From an uncultured virus (IMG/VR IMGVR_UViG_3300032294_001063) (Duplodnaviria > Heunggongvirae > Uroviricota > Caudoviricetes), in the IMG/VR virus record IMGVR_UViG_3300032294_001063: a DNA stretch of 64,000 nucleotides; one strand, given 5' to 3'. The position numbers and the translations under genes are program-made. Within the stretch, counting starts at the first letter, position 1. Each line of letters opens with the position of its first letter. The notes beneath the pieces were generated by a model. The model was not told the origin of the DNA. It saw only the letters and a program-made list of their open reading frames with translations, and did not search any database. This document shows, piece after piece, positions 10,961 to 21,207 of the stretch.

Positions 10961-11362
10961 ATGGCTAAGAGTAAAAAAGAATCCACAACCTCGGTTGGAG
11001 TTATCCCTCCATTAACAGACTATGCTGACGGCATAAGTAGTTTTTACCTAGCCCCACATTTTGGAAGAAATTACCCAGTAAGAAGAGATGGAGATATGAT
11101 CTCTGTTTCTATAGAGGATGATGCTTTTGTCTATGCAGAAGACGAAGATGATCAAACAAATCCTAAGGATCCAGAAAACCCACAGGATCCAGAAAAGCCA
11201 TCTCTAGGCAGAAAAGCTCCAACACTCATGGATATAGAACTTGTTTCTAGCCAAGTGGTTTATGATGCCTCAAATAATCCAACATCAAGAGTTACTTTTA
11301 AAATTAGAAATTCAAGTGGTGAGGCTGTAAAAGCGGTAAATGTTTTAGTGGAGAAAAAATGA
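10961..11362 (+). CDS. Hypothetical virion protein
   Basis: ORF in tail module; TGGTATAAT ends 6 nt before ATG (leaderless). Confidence 0.6.
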   Translation: MAKSKKESTTSVGVIPPLTDYADGISSFYLAPHFGRNYPVRRDGDMISVSIEDDAFVYAEDEDDQTNPKDPENPQDPEKPSLGRKAPTLMDIELVSSQVVYDASNNPTSRVTFKIRNSSGEAVKAVNVLVEKK

Positions 11363-12261
11363 TAACTAAATTTGGAAAAAGATTCTTGGTAGATTTTATT
11401 GCTGGTAACTCTAATTTTACATATAAGGAGTTGTCTTTCGGTATTGCCACTGCAACTCAACTACCTGCGTCAGACACTAACACAAGGCTGGGATTTGAGA
11501 TATATAGATTACCAGTAAGCCTATCTTCTATAAACATTGAAGATGACGGTGCTGGAGGGTTTAATTACTATGCAATATTTAAAACTACAATACCTCAAGA
11601 TATTTCTGGAGTAATAAGCGAAATTGGATTATACCCTGGATTTAGAAAATCTATTAATTTTTATGACAGCAAGTTTATAACATCGTTTGAAAATAATACT
11701 TTGTGGGCAGACTCTAACGGAGATAGTCCAGCACTACAGCCAAATTCAACAGATGGCACAACCTTTGTTTCTAAGATTGGCGAGAACATGATTAGGTTTA
11801 ATGTAAATCAGTCATCATCTAAAGAATATAAAAATTCAATTGCCCTTTTAGATTTATCTGGATACAGCGTAAATGATAGTCTAACCCTTGCATATAAAAA
11901 AGCAGATAACAACACGTCAAAAATTAGAATTAAGTTTTATAGCTCTGGCTCAGCATATTATTACGCTGATTTTACTCCGTCTGGAATAAATGAGGATAAG
12001 GTTCAATCTGTTTCAATGTCAGATGTATTTAATAATATAGTTGGGTCTCCAGATCTAACAAACATTACTAGCATAGGGGTTGAGGTTACCGCTGGATCTG
12101 GCGGTAACACAGTTGTGTATTTTGACGGACTAAGAGTAAATGATGAAGATACATTTGATCCTCAATATGGTTTAATTGCAAGACATATTCTTACAACTCC
12201 ACTTAAGAAACCATCTGGTCGTCCAGTGGATGTAGAATATAAGTTGCAGTTGGAGTTTTAA
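11359..12261 (+). CDS. Minor tail/baseplate protein
   Basis: MITKFGKRF...DTRLGFE...ISEIGLY pattern typical of tail-collar/fibre-anchor proteins. Confidence 0.65.
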   Translation: MITKFGKRFLVDFIAGNSNFTYKELSFGIATATQLPASDTNTRLGFEIYRLPVSLSSINIEDDGAGGFNYYAIFKTTIPQDISGVISEIGLYPGFRKSINFYDSKFITSFENNTLWADSNGDSPALQPNSTDGTTFVSKIGENMIRFNVNQSSSKEYKNSIALLDLSGYSVNDSLTLAYKKADNNTSKIRIKFYSSGSAYYYADFTPSGINEDKVQSVSMSDVFNNIVGSPDLTNITSIGVEVTAGSGGNTVVYFDGLRVNDEDTFDPQYGLIARHILTTPLKKPSGRPVDVEYKLQLEF

Positions 12262-14325
12262 ATGTCAGCATTAGATGCAGCCAACTGGGAAAGATACTAT
12301 CCTAGAGATTTAATTACAAATCCTACTCCAGCAAATTTAGCTGCTAATGCTGCTTCTGATAAAAATAATTTTACAGTTGTTGTGCCAAATTTAAAAATAG
12401 ATGCTAGCTATGCATTTCAATTTCAATATGTTTTTGAAGATGGCGTAAAAAGTGATTGGTCTCCAGGATATTTTTTAAACACTCCAACAGAATCAGTTCC
12501 TTCTGCACCAACAGCAACAGTATCTGGTGGCGCTGGTTTTATTCAGGTTTCCCTTCCTACATTCCCAGCAAATGCTAGTCGTGTTGATGTTAGAATTGCT
12601 GGCGGTATATTTGGAGATGGAACTAAAGTTGCAAGTTCTTTTACATCTGCTGGAACAAGAACAATTACAGCACCAGGATCAGCTGCGCCTGGTCTAGCAT
12701 ATGTAGTAACTCTTTTAACCGTAACTCCATCTAAAATTAATGGAGATCCATCTACTCCAACAACTGTTTATGTAACAGACCCAACAGCAAATATTCAGTC
12801 TCCAGAAAACTCTGTTACTCCTTCTATACCAACTGTAAGCTCTGTATTAGGAGCTATACAAGTTGCGTGGAATGGAAAAACTTCTACAGGAGGAAATCAA
12901 CCATATGGTTTTGATGCAGCTAAAGTTTATGTGGGGACCACAGCTGGATTTACACCTTCTTCATCAAATCAAGTAGATGTATTAAATTTTGCAAATGGGC
13001 AAAATGTTTTAAATATTGGTGTGGGAACATTAGTAAATGGTGTTGCGCTAACTTACGGCACAGATTATTATGTAAAGATTGCAACTACAAACGGTACAGA
13101 TACATCTACCGCAGTTTCTGCAAGTGGTAACCCAGTAAGAGTTGGTCAGGTTACAAGTGGAGACATAGTAACTATTAGAGCAGATAAGATTGAAACTGGA
13201 ACTTTATCTGCTGGTTCTAAAATAACCGCAGGAGCTCCTGGTGGCAAAAGAGTTGAATTAAGCGGAACTGGAGACACTCCGTTTGCAATATATGGCACAG
13301 GCGGAACTAAAATATTTGATTATAATTCAACAAGCGATAAGCTTACAATTGTTGGAGATGGAACATTTAGTGGAAATTTAAGTGCAGCTGGTGGAACATT
13401 TAGCGGAAACATTAGTGGTGCAAGTGGAACATTTACTGGAAATCTTTCTGCAAGCAATGGATTGTTTTCTGTAAATAATGGAGTTTTAACAGCACAAACT
13501 GGAACTATTGGCGGATGGACTATTACTGGATCTACTTTAGAAAGTTCTTCTTCAAGCAATAGTCAAATAAGACTTACTCCAGTTACTGCAAATGGTGGAA
13601 AGATAGCTTTGTTGCAGAATGGAATTGAAAGAATAACAATTGATCCAGTTGAAGGAATTAAAGACTCCGTTGGAAACTTTACATTAACTCCATCTGGTAA
13701 TTTAACAGTAAGAGGAACAATAACATCTGGTTCTACAATTACTGGAGCAGATATTACAATGACTGGAAATGCTGGTCAAACTGGAGTTGGATCAACAAAA
13801 TTACTTTTTCAGGCATCTAACTATGCAATAAGTGCTGGAACATCTTCATTTACATATGGAGGAAGTAGCGGATACTATGATTCTGAAGGAGACTGGATAA
13901 GCGCAACTGATCCGCAAACAATTACATCAAATGATATTAGATTTACAGACGCAACATACGGCGGTGCAATTCCATACAATACAGATTTTTATTACGGAGA
14001 AATGTGGCTTGGATCTGGAAATAGTATTTCAGGAAAAGCAGGATCTATAGACTTGTGGGTAAATCATCCTACTGGCTATATGGGAATAAGTATTATTGCC
14101 GATGCGGCAGAAAAAAACATAAATATTTTTGGAGACTCATCCGCTGGGTTTGGAACACTTCATAGAAGCAGCACTACAGATTCATTTAGAGAGTCCCCAG
14201 CATTTTTGCAGGTAGACTCTGCTGGTAGATTGAGTAGAGGTAGAGCAGTTATTACTGGAGGCTCAAGCTCACCAAACAACGTGTTAGGTTTAACTGGCGA
14301 CCTATACTTTTCGACTGCGGTGTAA
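12262..14325 (+). CDS. Tail fibre protein
   Basis: FN3-like N-terminal domains; G-T-F-S-G-x-L-S-A repeats; GTIGGWTI; C-terminal GDLYF. Confidence 0.8.
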   Translation: MSALDAANWERYYPRDLITNPTPANLAANAASDKNNFTVVVPNLKIDASYAFQFQYVFEDGVKSDWSPGYFLNTPTESVPSAPTATVSGGAGFIQVSLPTFPANASRVDVRIAGGIFGDGTKVASSFTSAGTRTITAPGSAAPGLAYVVTLLTVTPSKINGDPSTPTTVYVTDPTANIQSPENSVTPSIPTVSSVLGAIQVAWNGKTSTGGNQPYGFDAAKVYVGTTAGFTPSSSNQVDVLNFANGQNVLNIGVGTLVNGVALTYGTDYYVKIATTNGTDTSTAVSASGNPVRVGQVTSGDIVTIRADKIETGTLSAGSKITAGAPGGKRVELSGTGDTPFAIYGTGGTKIFDYNSTSDKLTIVGDGTFSGNLSAAGGTFSGNISGASGTFTGNLSASNGLFSVNNGVLTAQTGTIGGWTITGSTLESSSSSNSQIRLTPVTANGGKIALLQNGIERITIDPVEGIKDSVGNFTLTPSGNLTVRGTITSGSTITGADITMTGNAGQTGVGSTKLLFQASNYAISAGTSSFTYGGSSGYYDSEGDWISATDPQTITSNDIRFTDATYGGAIPYNTDFYYGEMWLGSGNSISGKAGSIDLWVNHPTGYMGISIIADAAEKNINIFGDSSAGFGTLHRSSTTDSFRESPAFLQVDSAGRLSRGRAVITGGSSSPNNVLGLTGDLYFSTAV

Positions 14326-14330
14326 TTTAA

Positions 14331-17300
14331 ATGCCATATACTTTTATTAAAAAATCTGGTGGATGGACAGAGATTAAATCTATATTTGTAAAAAAATCAA
14401 CTGGTTGGGCAGAAGTTAAAAATGTATTTCTTAAAAGAGCATCTGGCTGGGTAAAAGTATTTACTAAAGCATCTTTGCCAGATACAGTAACTGCTCCATC
14501 TATAAGAACAACAAATACTTCTGGTGTTGGAGATCAATATGACGGCCCATTAGCCGTAAGCCCAAGATTTTTAAACGATAACCTATTTGGTAAAGACGGA
14601 GTTTACACAAACTTTACTTCTAAATTTGGAAGAAAATTTACAAGAGCAGATGCGGCAGCCGCTTTGCCATCAGAAAGATCTACAGTAGTTACTGGAGATT
14701 TATTTACTTCAGCTGGAGGCGTGACTACAGCAGACAGATCAGCTCTTGACGGCAAATTTTTATTTTTTGAGTTAACTGTACAAAATGGCTCTGCTGCAAA
14801 CGAAATACAATCCGTATCTTCACCAGTTAAAATGATTAAAAGAGCTCCAACTACAACAGATTTTCAATGGACTGGAGTAGAGCAGGTTGGCACCGAACTT
14901 GTTTTAAATTATGTTTATGAAAATTATTACTATAATAGTATAGATCCAAACTTATCATACATAAAATGGTGGAGAAATACTACTGATGTTCCTGGCGGAA
15001 CTTTAATTAAAACAGAAACTATTGCAGCAACTACTACTGGAACTCCAAACTCAACATCAAGATCAGGAACAAGTCGCTATACGCCAACTTCAGCAGACCT
15101 TGGCTTCTATATTGTAGCTGAGACTACTGCTGTAAATTCAAATACTATACATTTTGGTTATACGGATAACTACAGTGTTACCTCGTTTCCAACTGGAGTA
15201 ATAGGTTCAGCTCTTACCTTTTCTAATGTTGAGGTTCAAGATTATTTGGGAAGAAAAGGTTTAGATAACAGAGACCGCTGGCCAGTAGGAACATTAAATA
15301 GATATGCTTGGGTACTTAATGGATATGATGCTAATACTACAATAAGAGTTAGATACAGAATGTATAATTTTGATAATGGCAGATATTATAAACCATCTAC
15401 TGGAGCAATTCAAGCAGATACTGCAGCAGGAGCAAATGCTGCTTATGATTCCTGGAATAGCGACGGAAGTGGAAATGGATATATTAGTAGCATTTCTGTA
15501 AATGGAACGGTAGCAACATGCTATGATTTTTTTGACTTGGATTCGACATTTTTTAATGGTGGAGGCGCAGGGCCAACTTGGTGGGTAGAGGTAGAGCTAA
15601 GTGCTACCAGAGGTTTAGGAAGAGTTTATGAAATGGGATATGCTGGTCCTAATATTTTTTATACTGGAAAAGCAATTACTTCTTCAATTTCAGCAAGCCC
15701 ATCTTCTGCCCAAGCTAATACAAATATAACAATTTCTGGATCTTTTCTTGGAACACCCCCTACTCCATCTGAAAATGCATATCCTCGTCAATATCGAGTT
15801 AACTACGGAGATAACACAAATAGTGGATGGCTTCCAGTAAATGAGTACCCATCTGGAACACTAAATCCAAGCTACAGTTTAACAAAACAATACTCTACGC
15901 CTGGAACATATAATGTATCAATTGATACAATACCGTATTATTCAATTTATAATACATCTGTTACAATTAATCCAGCACTGTCTCCACCAACACCAACTGG
16001 AGTTATTTGGAATGGAACATCTTTTGTTATATCTTATACTGGTGGATCTGGACCATGGTTTCAATCCTGGTACAGAGTAGACAATACCACATATCCTGTA
16101 GACGGAACTGGATTTGATTCAGGCTCAGCAACACAAAATACAAGTACAATAACATACACTCCTGGATTTACACCAACACCTGGATCAATATATTATTTCT
16201 GGGTTAGATCCGCATTAACCGCTACATCAAATTCAGCTGGAGTAAATGTAAGCTCATACAGCACTACAAGAGTTCAAGTTGCAATACCTCAAGTTGCTAC
16301 TGCCCCAACATCTGTTACAGCTGCAAACAACAACAGTTCAACAACACTAACTGTTTCCTGGTCTGGTGCTACAAATGCAGCTTTTTATAGAATTTATTGG
16401 AACACTAGCGGAACAACTCCGTCATCAGCCTCTGGAGTATTTGACGAAGAAAAAGCTGTTAATGGAAGCACAATAACTTCAACATCTGGCTCTTGGGCTT
16501 GGGGTCCTGGCGATCCAGATAAAAATGGCGCAACTCCAACACTAGGAACTGCCTACTGGTTTTTTGTTTCATCATCAGCAGACGGAAACACATGGTCATC
16601 TTGGACTAGAACATCTGCTGCCGTTTCTACAATTATTCCAGCTCCTGTACAAAACAGTTCACCAACAGCTAGGGCAACTAGCACATTTTCTACAACACTA
16701 GTAAGGTATCCAGACAGCATTACTTGGTCAGGCGGAACATATAGTAATGCTTCAAGTGTAACTTCAATATTATTGTATAGCACAAGTGAAAACAACTTGC
16801 AGGCTCCTGGTGGAAATACTAGTACCGCAACTAGAACAGCCAATCCATACCCATTAAGTACAGTCGATGGTCAAGACCCAGCTTATTATTTTGCGGTAAG
16901 AGATACAGTAGTTGGAACCAATGGAACAACATACTATTACTATAGCAATAGAATATTGTCTGCTCAAGCTCTTGCAATTGCGTTTTCATATAATCCAGGA
17001 GTTAGTGCAACAGGTGGTTGGTCAGCAACTATATCTGGAACTTCACAAGCTGGATCAACATATTCTATAACTTCAGGAACTGGATCAATAAATGCTTCAA
17101 CTGGACAAGTAACAGTAACAGGTTTAGGTTCTAATGTTACTACTTCAGTCACAGTTACTAAAGCTGTTCCTGGATATAATAATACTACAGCAACTGCATC
17201 TGGAACTTCTGCTACTGTTTCAAACTTTACTCTAACTTACAATGGAAATGGTAATACTGGTGGAAGCACAGCAGATACAGTTGGTAATGGATCAGTTACA

Positions 17301-17750
17301 CTTAGGGCTAATGGGTTTACAAGAACCAACTGTACGTTCCAGGGATGGTCTACATCTTCTACAGGAGGAGTTACTAACGCTCCTGGAACTTCATTTAATT
17401 TAACATCAAACACTACGTTGTGGGCGGTATGGGCAGCAAATGCAAACTCTGCAACCGCACCAACAGGATTTAAATTCGATGGAAACAACTTGCCTACGTC
17501 GGGAAGAAAGAGGTGGTCTTGGACTGGAGTCGGAACAGTTACTGGTGGTACAGCAACTGGTATTCGTGTTCAAATGAGTTCGACTAGCTCTACATCTGGA
17601 TTTACCACACAAACAACACTTGCCACTAGCGCAAGAAGTTGGGACGTTGCAGTAAGCCCAGTAACATCTCCAAGATGGGTGAGAGTTGCTATGGTCTATA
17701 ATGATGGACTAGGAAATAGCCAAGTAGGCACAAATTCAGCTGCATTATAA
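14331..17750 (+). CDS. Large tail fibre/adhesin with Ig/FN3/PKD-like and Listeria-Bacteroides-type repeat domains
   Basis: 1139 aa, Ser/Thr/Gly-rich; N-terminal KK..GW x3; VNYGD..YSTPGTYNV (PKD-like); LTYNGNG..NGFTR..FQGWS..TLWAVW. Confidence 0.75.
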   Translation: MPYTFIKKSGGWTEIKSIFVKKSTGWAEVKNVFLKRASGWVKVFTKASLPDTVTAPSIRTTNTSGVGDQYDGPLAVSPRFLNDNLFGKDGVYTNFTSKFGRKFTRADAAAALPSERSTVVTGDLFTSAGGVTTADRSALDGKFLFFELTVQNGSAANEIQSVSSPVKMIKRAPTTTDFQWTGVEQVGTELVLNYVYENYYYNSIDPNLSYIKWWRNTTDVPGGTLIKTETIAATTTGTPNSTSRSGTSRYTPTSADLGFYIVAETTAVNSNTIHFGYTDNYSVTSFPTGVIGSALTFSNVEVQDYLGRKGLDNRDRWPVGTLNRYAWVLNGYDANTTIRVRYRMYNFDNGRYYKPSTGAIQADTAAGANAAYDSWNSDGSGNGYISSISVNGTVATCYDFFDLDSTFFNGGGAGPTWWVEVELSATRGLGRVYEMGYAGPNIFYTGKAITSSISASPSSAQANTNITISGSFLGTPPTPSENAYPRQYRVNYGDNTNSGWLPVNEYPSGTLNPSYSLTKQYSTPGTYNVSIDTIPYYSIYNTSVTINPALSPPTPTGVIWNGTSFVISYTGGSGPWFQSWYRVDNTTYPVDGTGFDSGSATQNTSTITYTPGFTPTPGSIYYFWVRSALTATSNSAGVNVSSYSTTRVQVAIPQVATAPTSVTAANNNSSTTLTVSWSGATNAAFYRIYWNTSGTTPSSASGVFDEEKAVNGSTITSTSGSWAWGPGDPDKNGATPTLGTAYWFFVSSSADGNTWSSWTRTSAAVSTIIPAPVQNSSPTARATSTFSTTLVRYPDSITWSGGTYSNASSVTSILLYSTSENNLQAPGGNTSTATRTANPYPLSTVDGQDPAYYFAVRDTVVGTNGTTYYYYSNRILSAQALAIAFSYNPGVSATGGWSATISGTSQAGSTYSITSGTGSINASTGQVTVTGLGSNVTTSVTVTKAVPGYNNTTATASGTSATVSNFTLTYNGNGNTGGSTADTVGNGSVTLRANGFTRTNCTFQGWSTSSTGGVTNAPGTSFNLTSNTTLWAVWAANANSATAPTGFKFDGNNLPTSGRKRWSWTGVGTVTGGTATGIRVQMSSTSSTSGFTTQTTLATSARSWDVAVSPVTSPRWVRVAMVYNDGLGNSQVGTNSAAL

Positions 17751-17759
17751 GGAGGAAAT

Positions 17760-17972
17760 ATGATAAGCAAGGATGATAAAATACAAATTATCAATAGTAA
17801 GATAAGTATACTTGAAGGGGTTATTTATAATTTAGATATAGAGTTGGCTGCAGAATCAGCAAAGTCTAATCCAAATAATGAACATATTCAAAATGTATTA
17901 TCTGAAAAAAATGATAATTTGCTGGCTTTAAATGCCATCAATCAGCTCCTAGACATTGAAGTCTCGGAATGA
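17760..17972 (+). CDS. Small helical protein (possible fibre chaperone)
   Basis: RBS AAGGAGG; similar to next ORF. Confidence 0.6.
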   Translation: MISKDDKIQIINSKISILEGVIYNLDIELAAESAKSNPNNEHIQNVLSEKNDNLLALNAINQLLDIEVSE

Positions 17973-17994
17973 TATAATATGAAAGGAGGAAAAA

Positions 17995-18225
17995 ATGACA
18001 ATTGAATTAACAAATGAAGAAAAATTAACTATAGTCAATCAGCACATTAAGTCTGTAGAGTACAGCCTATATGGACATCAGCTAGATTTAATTCAAGCTA
18101 ATGCAGTATCATCTCCTGATGCAGGGCAAGTTTCTGCAATTAATGGAAGAATTGCTGAGTCAAATGCTATTAAGGCAGCCCTAGTTATTGAAAAAAATTC
18201 ATTAACTGTAAACCCAACAGAATAG
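17995..18225 (+). CDS. Small helical protein (possible fibre chaperone)
   Basis: RBS AAGGAGG; similar to previous ORF. Confidence 0.6.
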   Translation: MTIELTNEEKLTIVNQHIKSVEYSLYGHQLDLIQANAVSSPDAGQVSAINGRIAESNAIKAALVIEKNSLTVNPTE

Positions 18226-18234
18226 AGATAAAGA

Positions 18235-18420
18235 GTGGCAGAAAAAGCAGAGCTAATTATTACAGCCCTACAACAGCGCATTGGAGAAATCGTATCTAAT
18301 TATGAAACTCAAATTGCAATACTTAGGGCAGAAATCACTAAGCTTGTTGAAGAAAAGGATGCTAAGGTTGAAGCTATTCAAGAATACGAAAGCCACCTTA
18401 ACGATATCAAGTCCAACTAA
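18235..18420 (+). CDS. Small coiled-coil protein
   Basis: GTG start; heptad pattern. Confidence 0.6.
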   Translation: MAEKAELIITALQQRIGEIVSNYETQIAILRAEITKLVEEKDAKVEAIQEYESHLNDIKSN

Positions 18421-18766
18421 TTTTCCTTCTGGTCTTGCTGTTAAAACAGATAAAGATACATATTGGATTAAAGATGGTAAAAGGTATAGGCTAATTTCAG
18501 ATAGGGCCGCCCAGTCTTGGTGCTTTACTACGGTATTAGCAACTGAGGCGGCATTATCAGGAATTAAACTAGTTGGAAAACTAGGCTTTCGAGACGGCAC
18601 CTTGATCAAGAATGTCGCAGATGGTAAAATGTATCTAGTATCACAGAATAAACTAAGACACATCATAGATCCAGATTCTTTTGATAGATATGGTCTAGAT
18701 AGGTCAAAAATGATTGAAGTTTCTGAAAAAGAAATTTTGTCACACGATTTAGGAGAAAAACTTTAA
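18359..18766 (+). CDS. Hypothetical protein with two internal beta repeats
   Basis: Repeats YWIKDGKRYRL / YLVSQNKLRHI; start reassigned from 18281. Confidence 0.6.
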   Translation: MLRLKLFKNTKATLTISSPTNFPSGLAVKTDKDTYWIKDGKRYRLISDRAAQSWCFTTVLATEAALSGIKLVGKLGFRDGTLIKNVADGKMYLVSQNKLRHIIDPDSFDRYGLDRSKMIEVSEKEILSHDLGEKL

Positions 18767-19191
18767 TGGCAGCATTTGATGACGGCACACCTTTAGACGC
18801 AGCTGCATTACAAGATTTAGAAAGACGTCTAGTAGAAATAAGAGCAAGTATTCCAAAAGTAGGTGCTACTCCTGCTGCTGCAAATTCACCTGGAAATCTA
18901 GAAAATAAAACAGTTTCAGCAAGCCAAATATTAGGTGGTTTGCATACAGGGGTTACATTAGTTCCAGGAAAAGCAACCCCATTTACAATCAATTTTAAAA
19001 CTACTTTACAGTCAAATCCAAAATCAGTTGTAATAACTCCAGTAAGAACTGCAGACATTCCAAGCGTATTTAGCTTTGCAATAGATAGCAAAACATTGGG
19101 TCCAACTGGAGTTTCTGGAAATGCTTATTTAAACTCATCAGCTAAATCATCATTTACAATAGGTTTTTATTGGATGGTAATTTGCCACTAG
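18766..19191 (+). CDS. Minor tail/virion protein
   Basis: FDDGTPLDAAALQDL N-terminus plus lectin-like beta C-terminus. Confidence 0.55.
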   Translation: MAAFDDGTPLDAAALQDLERRLVEIRASIPKVGATPAAANSPGNLENKTVSASQILGGLHTGVTLVPGKATPFTINFKTTLQSNPKSVVITPVRTADIPSVFSFAIDSKTLGPTGVSGNAYLNSSAKSSFTIGFYWMVICH

Positions 19192-19195
19192 CCTA

Positions 19196-19223
19196 TTGAC
19201 AGGCTGATTTAATATGCTACAAT
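19196..19223 (+). promoter_or_regulatory. Sigma70/SigA-type promoter
   Basis: TTGACA-16-TACAAT with extended TG. Confidence 0.6.
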
Positions 19224-19237
19224 TTAGATAATATCAA

Positions 19238-19262
19238 GGTCACGACTCCGTGACCCTTTTTT
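19238..19262 (+). terminator. Intrinsic terminator-like hairpin
   Basis: GGTCACG-actc-CGTGACC followed by CTTTTTT. Confidence 0.7.
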
Positions 19263-19277
19263 ACGCAGGGAAGTTAA

Positions 19278-20078
19278 ATGACAAACGATTTAAAATGGAT
19301 GTTGTCATCCGATCAGCAATTCCCTTATCAAGATGATAAGATGATTGCTCTATGGTTTAAGGTCATGAAATGGTTTAAGCCAGACGTAGTAGATTATCTT
19401 GGGGATACTGACGATCAAGCCTGTTATAGTAAATATACAGAAGGAAGATCCGCAGAGTTTCTTCAACTTCATAAAGATGATAGCCGTGATTTAATTGTTC
19501 CAATGATGCGCCATGAAGCAAAAGGCGCAAGAGATTTTTATGCAAAGACTCGTGAAATGCTACCAGATGCACAATTGTTTTCAGCACTAGGTAACCACGA
19601 CATACGTATCTTTGATTACATAGATAAAAAGCTTCCAGATTATGCAAAGGATGTTACTCCAGAATCGCTGTGGTCTTTAGACTCTTTAGGTTACGATTAT
19701 ATTTATTACGACTCATTGCCTAAGCGCCGCTTTGGTGATGTTCACGTTCATCATGGTATTTCAATTGCAGCAACTGGTTCTGTGCGTAAGGATATGGAAG
19801 ATCTTCAGGTTTCTTTAATTAGAGGTCACTCACACAGAATTGCTTCACATATGGTAACATATGAACTTAGAAATAATGGAGAAGGGGAAACCCTTCGAGG
19901 CTATGAGATTGGGCATATGTGTGATGAAAAGGGTCCAGGTATGAAGTATACTCAGCACCACGATTGGCAAAAGGGTTTTGCTATTGCACATATTGTAAAT
20001 GATTATCCTCATATTCAAATGATCCATATTGCTCCAGACTACTCATGCGTTGTGGACGGAAAGACATTCTCGCTATGA
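19278..20078 (+). CDS. Calcineurin-like metallophosphoesterase
   Basis: SDQQ, LGD, GNHD, HHG, GHSH motifs. Confidence 0.85.
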   Translation: MTNDLKWMLSSDQQFPYQDDKMIALWFKVMKWFKPDVVDYLGDTDDQACYSKYTEGRSAEFLQLHKDDSRDLIVPMMRHEAKGARDFYAKTREMLPDAQLFSALGNHDIRIFDYIDKKLPDYAKDVTPESLWSLDSLGYDYIYYDSLPKRRFGDVHVHHGISIAATGSVRKDMEDLQVSLIRGHSHRIASHMVTYELRNNGEGETLRGYEIGHMCDEKGPGMKYTQHHDWQKGFAIAHIVNDYPHIQMIHIAPDYSCVVDGKTFSL

Positions 20079-20263
20079 TGAAGTGTCAGAAATGTAGCGG
20101 TAGAGTGTTTGTAGATAGAGTATTTTCTCAAAAACTACACACAGAATTATTCTGCATTCTTTGCGGTAAGCGATGGATGATTAACAAGGAAACAAGTGCA
20201 TTTGGTAAATGGTTAGAGAAAACCGACAGAGACTACGCAAAAAATTCGTCTATTTCTTCTTAA
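20075..20263 (+). CDS. Small zinc-ribbon protein
   Basis: CxxC...CxxC. Confidence 0.65.
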   Translation: MMKCQKCSGRVFVDRVFSQKLHTELFCILCGKRWMINKETSAFGKWLEKTDRDYAKNSSISS

Positions 20264-20691
20264 ATGGCAAAGTACATAAAGTACTAAGACTATCAAGAGC
20301 TAGGGATGAAGTTGTTGCTTGGTCCTATGTAGATAAAAAAAGAGTTATGTATTCGTATGCTCAAGTAGATAAAAGTATGGAAAGGGCATATACAGTAGTA
20401 GAGGCAGGTAAAATTTTAGGTAGGCACAGGGTAACTATAGAGGAATATATTTTGCAGGGCAAAATTAAACAACCACAAAAAGTATATCCAATTAGTAATC
20501 CAGAAAGCACCTGGTCTAAATATATGTTAAGCGAATCGGACATTCTGGACATTCATCAATTTATTATTGATGCTGGACATATAAGAGATTTGCCTTCAAG
20601 ATCAGAGCTGCAGGCTATTCTCAAACACAATTTAATATTGTATACTAAGACAGAAGATGGAAAGTTTGTACCTGTATGGAAGGCGGAGTAA
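20209..20691 (+). CDS. Putative HTH DNA-binding protein
   Basis: YTVVEAGKILGRHRVTIEEYILQGKI, excisionase/MerR-like HTH. Confidence 0.65.
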   Translation: MVRENRQRLRKKFVYFFLNGKVHKVLRLSRARDEVVAWSYVDKKRVMYSYAQVDKSMERAYTVVEAGKILGRHRVTIEEYILQGKIKQPQKVYPISNPESTWSKYMLSESDILDIHQFIIDAGHIRDLPSRSELQAILKHNLILYTKTEDGKFVPVWKAE

Positions 20692-20897
20692 TGTCAGAGA
20701 CAAGAGTAAAAGTGGACCTATCGTTCACACGCAATCTAGGAAACTATGAGAGTATTAAAATTGGTATAGGAGTAGAAGACGATGTTCGTAGCGGAGAAAA
20801 CGTGGATGCTGCTACAGAAAGAGTCTACGCTTTTGTCGAGAACAAGCTTATTGAAAAAACTCGTGAAGTAGAAGAAGAGTTAAAACGTGCCAAATGA
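20691..20897 (+). CDS. Conserved phage protein
   Basis: TRNLGNYESIKI motif; RBS GGAG. Confidence 0.6.
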   Translation: MSETRVKVDLSFTRNLGNYESIKIGIGVEDDVRSGENVDAATERVYAFVENKLIEKTREVEEELKRAK

Positions 20898-21207
20898 GAA
20901 GCAGCCGTATGTGCTAATTGGTTTATATGAATCTCTTTATTTAGAAAAGTATGGCAGAAAGCCAAGGCTAAATAAGTTTCGTGAGAAGTGGGCTATGCAG
21001 GATGTAATAGATAGTGTAGGATTTGATAGAGCCAGAGATCTTTTGGTATACTATTTTAAAACCAATAAGTCTGGACATCCACTTAGCTTCTTTTTCTATA
21101 ACTTTGATAAGATTGATTACTTGAAATCAGAACGTGAAAAAGATGAAAAGCATCGTAGACTGCTACTGCAGGCAACGAAAGAATTAGTAGAAGGCGGAAG
21201 CGAATGA
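20887..21207 (+). CDS. Hypothetical replication-associated protein
   Basis: Overlapping operon position before helicase. Confidence 0.55.
   Translation: MPNEKQPYVLIGLYESLYLEKYGRKPRLNKFREKWAMQDVIDSVGFDRARDLLVYYFKTNKSGHPLSFFFYNFDKIDYLKSEREKDEKHRRLLLQATKELVEGGSE

Noticed and set aside
14323..14333. Frameshift/readthrough fusing the two fibre genes (TTTAAAT)
   Set aside because: The heptamer lies after the in-frame TAA, so the ribosome would terminate first
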